From: Candidatus Kapaibacterium sp.
GTDB lineage: Bacteria; Bacteroidota; Ignavibacteria; Kapaibacteriales; UBA2268
Reading direction: 5' to 3'
DNA: 64,000 bases
Assembly (NCBI GenBank): GCA_963665665.1
Contig: OY762428.1
Location: forward strand, 672,001-736,000
Shown here: in pieces, positions 31,932 to 43,340 of the stretch
Numbering within the stretch: the stretch's first letter is position 1
How the letters are laid out: each line of letters starts with the position of its first letter
Program-made: the position numbers and the translations under genes
Notes under the pieces: model-generated
What the model saw: the letters and a program-made list of their open reading frames with translations, nothing else
Databases searched by the model: none
Told to the model about the DNA's origin: nothing

Positions 31932-32564
31932 TTAAATCTTTTTCTTTAAAAAAGATAAAGGATCATAAAACCTTTCGTTTAGTTCCTTCTTAGTCATTGT
32001 AAGCCAGCTGGCACAGCCGTAATCATCAAATTTTTTCCTGATTTCCAGATGTAAATGATCGTATCTGCCATTCAATTTTCTTGTTTCCTGCCTTGAATAA
32101 AGCCTTGCAATTTTGGTATCCTTATTTACCTGCCGGCCTATGTTAACAAAAACCTGGGCTAAATGCTTATACGAAGAATAGATGGTTTTGCCATTAAAGT
32201 CTTTATGTTTCACAACTATTGTTTTATGAGGGGCACCAAGATGAATTGAACAAACAACTCCGTTAGCTATTGGATAAACATACACAAAGGAATCTTTCCC
32301 GGCGGGGATGCAGTCAAGCCCGGTATGGATATGCCCTTTTTTATATGAATTCCGGGCAGATCCGAATGTACTGATAACTTGCAGCTCCTTCAGGTTTTTT
32401 CGTGTAGCTGTGGTAAAAGGCAGATACCATTTGTCCGCAATTTTAGCTGGAACAATATTTTTAAAATATGGCTTCCATCTGTTTTTATCCTGATCAATAA
32501 AATTTCCTGCCCACAACTGTATGAAAATCAGCATAAATAGTGTTGGAAATATCAATTTCTTCAT
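31932..32564 (-). CDS. M23-family metallopeptidase
   Basis: HTGLD, YKHL, HLHLEI; signal peptide. Confidence 0.8.
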   Translation of the reverse strand: MKKLIFPTLFMLIFIQLWAGNFIDQDKNRWKPYFKNIVPAKIADKWYLPFTTATRKNLKELQVISTFGSARNSYKKGHIHTGLDCIPAGKDSFVYVYPIANGVVCSIHLGAPHKTIVVKHKDFNGKTIYSSYKHLAQVFVNIGRQVNKDTKIARLYSRQETRKLNGRYDHLHLEIRKKFDDYGCASWLTMTKKELNERFYDPLSFLKKKI

Positions 32565-32690
32565 ATATCACGATCCATTCAAATTCGTAATCCAAAACAA
32601 GAATACAAAATTTTTATGAAAAGACAACTACAAATCTTGCCGATTGTCTATAATTTCTTTAATTTTATCAAATTTGATTATTGAAATTTA

Positions 32691-34331
32691 ATGATAGAAA
32701 TGAATTATCAGGACTTAAGTAAAGATCAGTTAATTGAAAAAATAAATCAACTTAATACAAAAATTGATTCACTTTGTTCAATACAGCAAAATGAAAAACT
32801 TGCCGATGATATTGGTTTTCGTCTTTCGGCTATTGTGGAAAGCTCCGAAGATGCTATCATAGCCGTTGATTTTGATACGGGCGTAATACTAACCTGGAAT
32901 AAAGGAGCAAGAAATATATTTGGTTATGAATTTCAAGATGTAAAAAACAAACATATAACTTTTCTTTTTCCGGAAAAATCAGATGAAGTTTTGGCAGAAA
33001 TCCGGAAAAAGCTGAATAAAGGGGAGGCTCTTGAAAGGTACAAAGCTATAGGTACAAAAGGTAACGGAGAGCTAATAAATGTTTCTCTAACTATGTCGCC
33101 GATTCTGAACAGGGAAGGGGAAATGAAAGCCGTTTCGATGATTGCAAGGAATATAACCGAAAGGCTTATATACGAGGAAGAATTAAAAATTTCCGAACAA
33201 AAATTTCGAAAAGCCAGCCGCCAGATGTCCTCGATAATTGAATTTCTGCCGGACCCCACCTTTGTTCTAAATAAGAACAGAGAAGTGATAGCGTGGAACA
33301 AGGCTTTGGAAGAAATTACCGGAGTTGAGAAAACAAAATTACTTGGAAAAAATAATTATGAATACGGTAAAGTAATTTATGGCCTGAAACGCCCTATCAT
33401 TGTTGATTTAATATGGGAAGATAACGAGGATTTCCGGTCGGAATACAATTATATCAGGCAGGAAGGCAACGTAATTTTTGCAGAAACAATAATAAAAAAT
33501 ATCAGGGATAAAAAGTCTGTACACGTATGGATAGCAGCTTCGCCAATATATGACGAGAATGGGGACTTGATTGGCGCCATTGAATCTTTTCGTAATGTAT
33601 CCGAATGGCGGGAAATGGAGGACAAACTTCTTCAGGCCAAAAGAATGGAAACAATAGCTCAGCTTTCAGCCGGTGTGGCACATGAAGTTAGAAATCCACT
33701 TAATTCCATAATGGCCCTGGTTGAAGTTCTGAACCAGGAATTAGAGGACAAGGAGGACTTCGGAATTTTTCTTGAACAAATCAACATGCAGGTACACCGC
33801 TTAGCAAGCTTAATGGAAGATCTGCTTGACCTCGGCAAGAGTTCCAGGGCGGAGTCCTTTTCATCAACAACAGTTAAGCAGGTTTGCAACGAGGGAATAA
33901 ATCTTTGGGAAGACAGTCCCGGAGGTGCCCAGGGCAAGGTAAATCTTGATATCCTTGACAATTTAGATGATGAAATGATAAATATTGATACATCAAGATT
34001 TCCACAGATAATTATTAATCTTTTGGATAATGCTGCCCAGCACAGCCCGGAAAACAGTACTATCAGTATTAAAGTCAGTAAAAAGTTTTCGGGACGGGAA
34101 ATACTTTTCAGGTTCATTGATTGCGGTACCGGAATTCCACCGGAAAATATGAAGAAAATCCTGGAACCATTTTTCACGATGAGAAAAAAAGGTACGGGCC
34201 TTGGATTGAGTATAGTAAACAATATAGTGAAGGATCACGGCGGGGCAATGAATATTTATAATAACGATTCAGGGATTGGATGTACGGTTGAATTTACATT
34301 ACCTTATGCGATTAATCTGGAGGTTAAATGA
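32691..34331 (+). CDS. Cytoplasmic PAS-PAS sensor histidine kinase
   Basis: Two PAS domains (WNKGA, WNKAL), AHEVRNPL, GTGLGL. Confidence 0.92.
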   Translation: MIEMNYQDLSKDQLIEKINQLNTKIDSLCSIQQNEKLADDIGFRLSAIVESSEDAIIAVDFDTGVILTWNKGARNIFGYEFQDVKNKHITFLFPEKSDEVLAEIRKKLNKGEALERYKAIGTKGNGELINVSLTMSPILNREGEMKAVSMIARNITERLIYEEELKISEQKFRKASRQMSSIIEFLPDPTFVLNKNREVIAWNKALEEITGVEKTKLLGKNNYEYGKVIYGLKRPIIVDLIWEDNEDFRSEYNYIRQEGNVIFAETIIKNIRDKKSVHVWIAASPIYDENGDLIGAIESFRNVSEWREMEDKLLQAKRMETIAQLSAGVAHEVRNPLNSIMALVEVLNQELEDKEDFGIFLEQINMQVHRLASLMEDLLDLGKSSRAESFSSTTVKQVCNEGINLWEDSPGGAQGKVNLDILDNLDDEMINIDTSRFPQIIINLLDNAAQHSPENSTISIKVSKKFSGREILFRFIDCGTGIPPENMKKILEPFFTMRKKGTGLGLSIVNNIVKDHGGAMNIYNNDSGIGCTVEFTLPYAINLEVK

Positions 34332-35653
34332 GCGCAAGGATAATATTAATTGATGACGACGACGGTATCAGGTTCAGTTTTAAAAGATATCTTGATAAAT
34401 CAGGGTATGAAGTAGAAACAGCAGAATTGCTGGCTGACGCCAGGGACAAAATGGAAAGAAATGATTTCGAGATCGCTTTGCTGGATGTTAATCTTCCTGA
34501 CGGCAGCGGTATCGAGTTTGTTAAAGAACTCAGGGAAAAATACCCGGCCATGGCAATTGTGCTAATTACCGGCCACGGTAATATATCTCTGGCAGTTCAG
34601 GCAATGAAAAACGGTGCTGACAATTTCCTTACAAAGCCGGTAAATATGACTGAACTGGATATTTCCTTACAAAAAAGTGATGAACTTCATAAACTCAGGC
34701 ATAAAAATCTGACTCAGCAAAGATTGAAACAGCAGGAAATTATACCTTTCTGGGGAACCAGCCCGCTGATGCAAAGAGTAAAGAAACTCGCGGAAATAGC
34801 CTGCCAGAACGATTCTACTGTATTGCTTTACGGAGAAACAGGAACCGGTAAGGAAGTAATGGCAAGGTGGGTACACAATAACAGCCTGAGAAAAGATAAG
34901 CCTTTCGTGGAAGTAAACTGTGCCGGACTTAAGGACGAATTGCTTACAAGTGAACTTTTCGGCCATGCTAAGGGCGCTTTTACTACTGCCCTGAAAGACA
35001 GGCAGGGCCTGATAGAAGCTGCCAACGGAGGCACTCTTTTCCTGGATGAAATATCAAGCATGAACATGAATATCCAGGCCCAGCTGCTAAAAGTAATCGA
35101 GGAAAAAACATTCCGCAGGCTTGGCGAAACAAAAGTCCGCAGGAGTGATTTCAGGTTGATATGCGCTACTAACAGGGATATTAGAACAGAAGTTGATAAC
35201 GAACGTTTCCGTGATGACCTTTATTTCAGGATCAATATATTTCCTCTCGATTTGCCGCCCCTGAGGGATTTGCCTGATAATCTTCCTGCATTTATTCAGC
35301 ATCTTCTGGCAGGAATGAATTACAACTATCCTAACGTATCACTTGAAGTCATGGAATTGCTTACTTCCTACGGATGGCCGGGCAATATCAGGGAAATGAA
35401 AAATGTATTGGAAAGAGCCGTTATTCTGTCTCTTGGGAAACCCCTGTCGGTAAATGATTTTCCGGGAATAATCAATCGGCAGAATTTTGACAGTATGAGG
35501 GAAATAAAAGAACTTAGTAATTTCGAGCTGGAATATATTAATTATGTAGTAAGGCACTTTAATAACGATACAAAAAAAGCAGCCGATGCTCTTGGAATTT
35601 CACGCGCATCGCTATACAGGAAATTAAATAAAATAAAAGATGAACAGAAATAG
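34328..35653 (+). CDS. NtrC/AtoC-family sigma-54 response regulator
   Basis: Receiver domain, GETGTGKE, GAFTTA, LFLDEI, WPGNIRE, Fis-type HTH; ATGA overlap with the kinase. Confidence 0.92.
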   Translation: MSARIILIDDDDGIRFSFKRYLDKSGYEVETAELLADARDKMERNDFEIALLDVNLPDGSGIEFVKELREKYPAMAIVLITGHGNISLAVQAMKNGADNFLTKPVNMTELDISLQKSDELHKLRHKNLTQQRLKQQEIIPFWGTSPLMQRVKKLAEIACQNDSTVLLYGETGTGKEVMARWVHNNSLRKDKPFVEVNCAGLKDELLTSELFGHAKGAFTTALKDRQGLIEAANGGTLFLDEISSMNMNIQAQLLKVIEEKTFRRLGETKVRRSDFRLICATNRDIRTEVDNERFRDDLYFRINIFPLDLPPLRDLPDNLPAFIQHLLAGMNYNYPNVSLEVMELLTSYGWPGNIREMKNVLERAVILSLGKPLSVNDFPGIINRQNFDSMREIKELSNFELEYINYVVRHFNNDTKKAADALGISRASLYRKLNKIKDEQK

Positions 35654-35685
35654 ATTAGATTGTATTATAAATTGATCAAAGCATT

Positions 35686-38577
35686 ATGAATATTAAAAAA
35701 ATTACTACCATAGCAGTTCTACTTTTTGTTACGCTGTCTCTGTCAGCAAATGATAATAAAAAGCCGCTCAGCCACGATGATTACGATCAGTGGAAAAGTG
35801 TGCAGAACTACAAAATAAGCAACGACGGGAAATGGGTTTTATTCGAGATAAACCCACAAAGAGGTGATTCAGCACTGCATCTTACAAATCCCTCGGATAA
35901 TTTTGAAACAATTATCGAGCGCGGGGGCGGCGGACAGTTTTCTTTTAATTCAAAATTCATGGCTTGTAATATCGAACCGCAGTTTGATACTATTAGACAA
36001 ATGAGGCTTGATGAAGTGAAAAAAGATAAAATGCCTAAAGATACCCTTGGTATATTTGTTTTCGAACATGATTCGCTAATGAAGATAGGCAGGGTAAAAT
36101 CTTTCAAACTTCCTGAAAAAGGTTCCTCATGGATAGCTTACCTTCACGAGAAAGAACTTCCTGCCCCGAAAGATACTACTGAAGTGAAAGACTCAACAAA
36201 AGTTGAAGAAGAAGAAACAGCCGAAAAGAAAGAAGAAGAATCCGAAGCTAAAAAGGAAGAGGAAAAATCCGATGAGAATAAGGACGAAAAGAAAAGTAAG
36301 AAAAAGTACGAAGGCACTAAATTTGTGATATATAATCCGGAAACCGGTGATAAACACGAATTCGAAAATGTTGAATCGTATGCTATTTCCGATAATGGAA
36401 AATTATTCAGCTTCGTTTCAGTTGTGAAGGATAGCGTTGACAGTGTTTATGTTTATTCCTTCGATACTGAAAAACAGGAAAAATCCCTTATCTGGGATAA
36501 TATCGGTGCTATCAAAGGCCTTACAATTGACGAGCAGGGCAAACAGGCAGCTTTTGCATTTTCAACTGATACATCAAAGCGGAAACTTTTTTCACTTTAT
36601 TATTGGGAAAAAGGGCAAAAAAGAGCGGCCTCTGTAGTTGATTCTTCCAACCAGGCAATGCCGGACGAATGGACTGTAGCAGAAAAGGGCAGGTTAGGAT
36701 TTTCCGAGGATGGCACAAAATTGTATTTCGCCACTGTGGAAAAGCCGGAATTTGAAAAGAAGGACACACTGCTTCCCGAAGAAAAAGCCAAGCTTGACGT
36801 TTGGAACTGGAAGGATCCTTACCTCCAGACAATGCAGCTTCATAATTTGAAAAAAGATAAAAGCAAAACATACAAAGCTGTTTACAGGATAAACGACAAG
36901 AAAATGATACAGATAGAGACCGAGGAAATCCCCGATGTTAAAACACTGAGAAAAGGAAACAGCGATAAAGCAATCGGCCTTGAAAATATGAAATACCGCC
37001 AAATGGTAACATGGGAATACCCTGATTTTAAAGATATTTACATGGTTGACCTGAAAACCGGAGATAAAAAACTTATCCTTGAAGCGCAGCAGTATGAATT
37101 TGATGTCTCGCCGGATGGAAATTATATTGCTTACTACAGGCCTGAAGACAGCACATGGAGATCGCTTAACGTGAAAACAGAAAAAAGTGTTGTACTGACA
37201 AAAGGTATGAAAGAGATTTTCTGCGACGAGGAAAATGATGTCCCTGCCGAAGCATATCCCTACGGAGTTGCCGGATGGACAGAAAAAGAAGCAAAAGTAC
37301 TGATCTATGATAAATATGATATCTGGGCATTCGACCCGTCCGGAAAAGAAAAACCGATTAACCTGACAAATGCTTACGGCAGAAAAAATGATATCAGCTT
37401 CCGCTACATGAAACTTGATAAAGAAGAAGAATTTATTCCTGCCGGAAAAGAATCAATGCTGAAAGCGAAAAACAAAGTTAATATGCAGGAAGGTTTCTGG
37501 GCAAGTAAGCTGCAAAAAGCGAAAAATCCTGAAAAACTTATGATGGATGACTACTGGATGCCATCAATTTCAAAAGCTAAAGATGTTGATCAGTATATCT
37601 TCCGCAAGGGAAACTATTATATTTATCCTGATCTGTATTACACCGAAGATTTTGAAGACACTGAGAAAATATCAGATGCCAACCCGCAGCAGAAAGATTA
37701 TCTCTGGGGTACTGTGGAAATGATTGAATGGACTGATATGGAAGGCATAGAGCGTAAAGGCCTTCTATACAAACCTGACAACTTCGACCCGAATAAAAAA
37801 TACCCGATGATAGTATACTTCTACGAAAGATATACCGAATCTTTGCACAGGCACTACGTACCCAAGCCTACAGCCTCGATAATTTATCCTAATCTTTACG
37901 CAAGTAATGATTATGTGGTTTTCATTCCGGACATATATTACGAAAATGGTTTCCCGGGTAAATCGGCATATAATGCAATTATGAGCGGTACTCATTACCT
38001 TATCAATAAGGGCTTTATTGATAAAGACAGAATGGGGCTCCAGGGACAAAGTTGGGGCGGATACCAGACTGCATTCCTTGTAACACAGACGAACCTGTTT
38101 TCCGCAGCTATGGCTGGCGCACCCGTAAGCAACATGACAAGCGCTTATGGCGGAATTCGTTGGGGCAGCGGTATGTGCAGGGCTTTCCAGTATGAAGTAA
38201 CACAAAGCCGAATTGGCGGAACACTCTGGGAAAAACCTGAGCTATATATCGAAAATTCACCGCTTTTCTTTGCAGACAGAGTGGAAACCCCGCTTCTGAT
38301 TATGCACAATGATGGCGACGGAGCTGTTCCATGGTATCAGGGTATCGAATATTTCAATGCCCTAAGGCGGCTGCAAAAACCTGTATGGATGCTGAATTAC
38401 AATGGCGACGAACACAACCTGATGAAAAGGGCTAACCGTATGGACCTGAGCATACGCATGATGCAGTTCTTCGACCACTTCCTTAAGGATTCTCCCGCTC
38501 CGGAATGGTTGGAGTGCGGTATTCCGGCGGTGGATAAAGGCGACAATTACGGGCTTGAACCGGCTGAGAAGAAATAA
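35686..38577 (+). CDS. S9-family prolyl oligopeptidase
   Basis: GQSWGG nucleophile, DGAVP, DEHNL; signal peptide. Confidence 0.9.
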   Translation: MNIKKITTIAVLLFVTLSLSANDNKKPLSHDDYDQWKSVQNYKISNDGKWVLFEINPQRGDSALHLTNPSDNFETIIERGGGGQFSFNSKFMACNIEPQFDTIRQMRLDEVKKDKMPKDTLGIFVFEHDSLMKIGRVKSFKLPEKGSSWIAYLHEKELPAPKDTTEVKDSTKVEEEETAEKKEEESEAKKEEEKSDENKDEKKSKKKYEGTKFVIYNPETGDKHEFENVESYAISDNGKLFSFVSVVKDSVDSVYVYSFDTEKQEKSLIWDNIGAIKGLTIDEQGKQAAFAFSTDTSKRKLFSLYYWEKGQKRAASVVDSSNQAMPDEWTVAEKGRLGFSEDGTKLYFATVEKPEFEKKDTLLPEEKAKLDVWNWKDPYLQTMQLHNLKKDKSKTYKAVYRINDKKMIQIETEEIPDVKTLRKGNSDKAIGLENMKYRQMVTWEYPDFKDIYMVDLKTGDKKLILEAQQYEFDVSPDGNYIAYYRPEDSTWRSLNVKTEKSVVLTKGMKEIFCDEENDVPAEAYPYGVAGWTEKEAKVLIYDKYDIWAFDPSGKEKPINLTNAYGRKNDISFRYMKLDKEEEFIPAGKESMLKAKNKVNMQEGFWASKLQKAKNPEKLMMDDYWMPSISKAKDVDQYIFRKGNYYIYPDLYYTEDFEDTEKISDANPQQKDYLWGTVEMIEWTDMEGIERKGLLYKPDNFDPNKKYPMIVYFYERYTESLHRHYVPKPTASIIYPNLYASNDYVVFIPDIYYENGFPGKSAYNAIMSGTHYLINKGFIDKDRMGLQGQSWGGYQTAFLVTQTNLFSAAMAGAPVSNMTSAYGGIRWGSGMCRAFQYEVTQSRIGGTLWEKPELYIENSPLFFADRVETPLLIMHNDGDGAVPWYQGIEYFNALRRLQKPVWMLNYNGDEHNLMKRANRMDLSIRMMQFFDHFLKDSPAPEWLECGIPAVDKGDNYGLEPAEKK

Positions 38578-38599
38578 TAATTTTGCACAATTGCTAATA

Positions 38600-38630
38600 A
38601 TTCATCCGGTCACTTCGTGATCGGATGAAT
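38600..38630. terminator. Hairpin between convergent genes (probable bidirectional terminator)
   Basis: ATTCATCCGGTCAC-TTC-GTGATCGGATGAAT. Confidence 0.6.
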
Positions 38631-38641
38631 ATTAAATAATC

Positions 38642-39496
38642 TCAATCATTAATATCAAACTTATTTACTGCTTTTATTCCCCTCTCTCCTATTTCAATTT
38701 TTGAAGCTGTTGTAAATGCATCATGTTCATATATGATAGTCCAATCATCTTCTGCAGCCATGGTAAAATATTTCTTCTTCTCTTCAAGAGCTTTTAGAGG
38801 CTCGTTGTCATAGCCAAGAACAAATACAGGCTTAACATGTGCTGACGTTGGCGCAAGGTCGGCTGAGTAAAGGAATTTACCTTCACCGCTGTCAATTTTC
38901 ACTGTTTGCATAGCTTTGGTATGTCCGTCAACTGTTATCAATGAAATACCGGGAAATATCTCGCCCGGCCCATCAATAGATATGAGCATTCCGTCATTTT
39001 CCAAGGGCTTCCAGTTATCAGGGATATAGGATGCCTTGTCTTTATCCGTTGGATTATTCGCCCAGTCGAGCTGGGCTTTCTGAATATAATGCCGGGCATT
39101 TTCAAAAACCGGTACAGGTTTGCCGTCAACATATTTTGTCAGCCCTCCGGCATGGTCAAAATGAAGGTGGGTAATAATTACATCAGTAATATCATCGGCT
39201 TTCAAACCATATTTGGCCAGCGCAAGCTCTATATCAGTTTTTTCGGCGTCAATTCCATATATCGAGCGCAGTTTTTCATTCATTTTCGTTCCGTTTCCGG
39301 CATCCACAAGTATTGTCTGATTTTTCCGTTTTATCAGCAGGGGCCTCGCTGCCAGGGGTATCCTGTTTTTTTCGTCACCCTCGTGATAAGCCCTTGACCA
39401 CATTACTTTTGGAATAACGCCAAACATAGCGCCGCCGTCAAGATGGAAAATCCCCGTATCAATTGAATATATCTCAAATTCGCCAGTTTTCATCAA
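38642..39496 (-). CDS. Metallo-beta-lactamase-fold hydrolase (YtnP-like)
   Basis: LDGGAMFG, THLHFDHAGG, GHT, EHD. Confidence 0.88.
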   Translation of the reverse strand: MMKTGEFEIYSIDTGIFHLDGGAMFGVIPKVMWSRAYHEGDEKNRIPLAARPLLIKRKNQTILVDAGNGTKMNEKLRSIYGIDAEKTDIELALAKYGLKADDITDVIITHLHFDHAGGLTKYVDGKPVPVFENARHYIQKAQLDWANNPTDKDKASYIPDNWKPLENDGMLISIDGPGEIFPGISLITVDGHTKAMQTVKIDSGEGKFLYSADLAPTSAHVKPVFVLGYDNEPLKALEEKKKYFTMAAEDDWTIIYEHDAFTTASKIEIGERGIKAVNKFDIND

Positions 39497-39644
39497 ATTT
39501 CCATTTTAATAATACAACTGATTCATTTACGAAAAAAAGTATCATTTATTGATTATCAGCTTGTATGAAATATTTCCTGAGACCTTTTTCAGTTTTCCGT
39601 GTTACTAATAAAAACAAGTTAGCAAAACCCCGAACGGAGCTGAA

Positions 39645-42600
39645 ATGAAAGCGCTGCCAATTCTTATCCTCTCCATCCTGCTTATAACTGCAGCAAATAT
39701 CTATGCCGATAACCACTGGATTGATAAAGGCCAGTATTTAGAAAATGACCAGGATGCGGGGAGTATATCCTTCATCCGCTATTCAGATGATGGAAAATTG
39801 ATTTATACTTTCAGCAATGGTTCAACCCTCCGCTTCTGGGACAGGGAAACAGGAGAAATTCTTTTCGAGAAGGATTTTAAGGAGTATGTTGAAGGAAAAA
39901 TTCTAAATGTAGATATAAGTCAAGATGCAAGATTTTTTGTATTTACTTATACCGAAAAATATGGCCACGAACCATATCTGTTCATCATAAACTTGGAGAC
40001 AAATGTTATTTTTAGTGATATTGCAGTTTTTATTTTATCCGATCCCAGCAGAGAAGAAATTCATCTTCTTGATCATAGTATCCCGTTAATTGATAATAAA
40101 AACAAGAAAGTAGTTGTTTCCAGTATGGTGTATATATATATGGAATGGAATGATATAAGCGCTAATCATTGGTTCGAAATAGATTTAACTAATGGGGATA
40201 CGCTAAGTTATACTAATGAGAACAAAGGCGGAGTTTTTTCTGTTGGATCAAATGAAGATTTTTATTTTTTATTCAGACACGGTGGATATTTTGTTCCTGA
40301 AGGGCATGGAGGTCAGAACTCAAACGATTTTATATCATATATTGAAGGAAATATGGTTGACTCAACAATAATATTATTTCACCAGAAATGTGGAACAGGT
40401 TCAGATTGCAGTTATCTTGATTGGGTTCTCGGCATTGCTCAATCATATGATAATACGATCTTTGCAACGTTTGGAACAAAAAATATTCTTAGAGTCTGGA
40501 AGAGAACCGATCAGGTGTGCGAATTGATCTGTGAAACAAATCTTGATTTTCTATACTATTTTTCATCACATAGTATGGCAATATCAAAATCGAACAAATT
40601 CGCATTATTGCCGTTGAAATCATTTGATCCGGATTATAAAACGGAACTCGCTTTGTGGGATTATGAAAACGGAGTTAAAGCAGATTCAATCATGCTAGAT
40701 TTCGGGAACGAGCTTGTATTTGCATATTATCCGGGAATCAGTAATGAAATAGCCCTTGGATCAAGAGAGAATAAATTAGTTCTTCTTAATAAAGGACTTT
40801 TTTCAGACAGCTTATCAGCAAAATTCAGATATTATGAACCAGTTATTTTCAAAGATTCATTAGTCAAATTTTATAATTATTCAACCGGTAGTCCGGATGA
40901 ATTTTTATGGAATTTCGGAGACGGGCAGACAAGCAGTGAAGAAAATCCGGTTCATACATATCACAGTTCCGGTACTTTTACTCCAACTCTGATTGTCCGA
41001 AAAGGAGCTCAATCAGATACTCTAAGGAAAGAAAAATATATTGTGGTTCATGAACCAATATATGCTGATTTTGAAGCAGATATTCAAACAGGTTCTTCTC
41101 CATTACAGCTAAAATTTACAAACAAGTCACAGGGAAATATCAAATCTTTACGTTGGTATTTTGACGACGGCACATTCAGCGATGAGTTTAATCCTGTTCA
41201 TGAATTTAGTGAGCCAGGAAACTACAGTATTCGTCTTGATGTAGAATTTGATCTGGGAAACAGATTTTCTGAAAGGAAAAAATTTATATCTGTTTATGAT
41301 GAATCCGGATTGTTTGTTAAAGACGAATACAATGCTATTCCAAAAGATTATGCATCAGAAGGCCAAACGCTGGTAGAAACTGATGATGGCGAAATAGCTT
41401 GTATCAGGTGGAACTATTATAATCCTCACAGTTTTATAACTGACGCATTTTATAGTCTGGATTGGTTAGATAATAATTTGAATTTGATATGGCATTATGA
41501 TTTTGATCCAACTACTGCCAATTATCAAAAACGAACCCGAGTTGGTGAAATCTATATAACTCAGAACAAGCAAGTTTGCTTTTATTCTTTTTGGGGTTCA
41601 AAAGATCCGGACAGTGATTCTAAAAGCTTCTCAATGGGAAGATCATGTTTTAATAACAAAGGCCTCGAATATGAGAAGACATATTTTCTTTATACTGATA
41701 CTTTCTTTTATATTTATGAATTCAACCCAAATATATTTTTTACTTACCAGTTTTCTGAATTTACTCATAACTATTTTACCAATATATATGATTCAAATAT
41801 GGTAGCAGTTAATTCAATTAAACCATATTTTATCCAAACAGGAGGAGGTTATAAGAGAGTAATCAGAAAGCTCGACAATAGTTTCATACTTTTATCAAGA
41901 AATACTTATGCCGGATCACTATGTGAAGTTGATATTGTTGATGGAGAACTATGGGGAAACACATACGATACAAGCATTGATATTTGTCCCCTCGACGGAG
42001 CATATATACCTGAACAGGGGTATATATTAACAGGATTTTCCTGGATGAATGATGTTAAGTATTCCTCCTTCAACCTTACTAACGAAAAAGGTATTGTTAT
42101 TGATACGATACTTAATGCTGAAAACTCAGTATTATATTCTATTGTAAGCCTGAATGACAGCCTGTTTGCTGCCGGAGGTAATATTGACGGTAAAATTTGC
42201 CTTACCATAGTTGATAAGCATGGTAATATTGACGGAAATTACAAGTTGAAGAACAAACAGGGTTCGGTTTGTCAATTGATTAAATCAATTGACGGAACAC
42301 TTCTTGCTGTTTGTACAACAAAAGATTATCGGGACAGCAGTTGCGCATCCGTGATGAGAATTGAACTTCCTGAAAGAATTCTAAGTTCCGTGAAGCATCC
42401 GAAAGATGATGTAAATATTGATATCTTCCCTAACCCCGCCTCCTCAATTATAAACATCACAGGCATTGAAATTTCGCGATGCAAAGGCAATACCACCATA
42501 TACAACCGCCTTGGTCAGGATGTGAGCGGGCTTGTTGAGTTTGCAGGCACTTCTTCGATAAATATATCCGCCCTGCCGGACGGGGTATATTATATCAGGG

Positions 42601-42650
42601 TAAATATCGATGAACAAATTATTGTGCGGCAGATGGTAGTTGTGAAGTAG
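39645..42650 (+). CDS. Secreted protein with WD40-like propeller, two PKD domains and T9SS C-terminal domain
   Basis: WNFGDG...NPVHTY and WYFDDG...NPVHEF; C-terminal IFPNP...GVYYIRV. Confidence 0.85.
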   Translation: MKALPILILSILLITAANIYADNHWIDKGQYLENDQDAGSISFIRYSDDGKLIYTFSNGSTLRFWDRETGEILFEKDFKEYVEGKILNVDISQDARFFVFTYTEKYGHEPYLFIINLETNVIFSDIAVFILSDPSREEIHLLDHSIPLIDNKNKKVVVSSMVYIYMEWNDISANHWFEIDLTNGDTLSYTNENKGGVFSVGSNEDFYFLFRHGGYFVPEGHGGQNSNDFISYIEGNMVDSTIILFHQKCGTGSDCSYLDWVLGIAQSYDNTIFATFGTKNILRVWKRTDQVCELICETNLDFLYYFSSHSMAISKSNKFALLPLKSFDPDYKTELALWDYENGVKADSIMLDFGNELVFAYYPGISNEIALGSRENKLVLLNKGLFSDSLSAKFRYYEPVIFKDSLVKFYNYSTGSPDEFLWNFGDGQTSSEENPVHTYHSSGTFTPTLIVRKGAQSDTLRKEKYIVVHEPIYADFEADIQTGSSPLQLKFTNKSQGNIKSLRWYFDDGTFSDEFNPVHEFSEPGNYSIRLDVEFDLGNRFSERKKFISVYDESGLFVKDEYNAIPKDYASEGQTLVETDDGEIACIRWNYYNPHSFITDAFYSLDWLDNNLNLIWHYDFDPTTANYQKRTRVGEIYITQNKQVCFYSFWGSKDPDSDSKSFSMGRSCFNNKGLEYEKTYFLYTDTFFYIYEFNPNIFFTYQFSEFTHNYFTNIYDSNMVAVNSIKPYFIQTGGGYKRVIRKLDNSFILLSRNTYAGSLCEVDIVDGELWGNTYDTSIDICPLDGAYIPEQGYILTGFSWMNDVKYSSFNLTNEKGIVIDTILNAENSVLYSIVSLNDSLFAAGGNIDGKICLTIVDKHGNIDGNYKLKNKQGSVCQLIKSIDGTLLAVCTTKDYRDSSCASVMRIELPERILSSVKHPKDDVNIDIFPNPASSIINITGIEISRCKGNTTIYNRLGQDVSGLVEFAGTSSINISALPDGVYYIRVNIDEQIIVRQMVVVK

Positions 42651-42689
42651 GTTTTGATTATCCATTGGGATGACACAAAAGTTAGAAGA

Positions 42690-43322
42690 TCAGCCATCCT
42701 GAGCGAAGCGAAGGATGCATTCTTAATACATTATCTGCGAACAAAGATGGATTCTTCCGTCGCAAGCACCGGATAATTCCCCTCCCTTGGAGGGGACTAA
42801 AGGGGTGGTTTTATTTCTTTCTGATGCTAAATCTCTATCCATGAGCTAAAGCACGTGGCTATTGAATTTGACGATTATAAGGCTGGAAGGTCATTCTGAG
42901 CGCCAGCGAAGAATCCATTCTTATTACACTATCTGCGAACAAAGATAGATTCTTCGGTCGCTTCGCTCCGTCAGAATGACGGATGGGAATGTCCCCCGCT
43001 GGCGGGGGTGTCCGAAGGACGGGGGTGGACTTCCGGAAAATTCCCCTCGTTGAGGGGTGGCGAGCGCAGCGAGTTCCCGACACGTCGGGACAGGCTGGGG
43101 TGGATTCTTTTTCTTTGCCTCCGCACCTTGCACATTTATCCACGAGCTAAAGCACGTGGCTATTGAACTTGACGATGGTAAAACTGCATGTCATCCTGAG
43201 CGAAGCGAAAGATCCATTCTTCATACATCATCTGCGAAGGAAGATGGATTCTTCGGTCGCAAGCTCCGGAAGCCTGCCCCTGCCTGCACCGATTTATCGG
43301 TGACGTGTCGGGGAATGACAAC
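42690..43322. repeat. Mosaic cluster of REP-like palindromes
   Basis: Three (GT)CATYCTGAGCG...GATTCTT modules, 31-bp repeat at 42836 and 43137, CCCCTC...GAGGGG hairpins, nested CCGACACGTCGG palindrome. Confidence 0.85.
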
Positions 43323-43340
43323 ATAATACCTCCTTCTCCG

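Noticed and set aside
36160-36305. GAA-rich low-complexity stretch
   Set aside because: Encodes a Glu/Lys-rich linker in the S9 peptidase.
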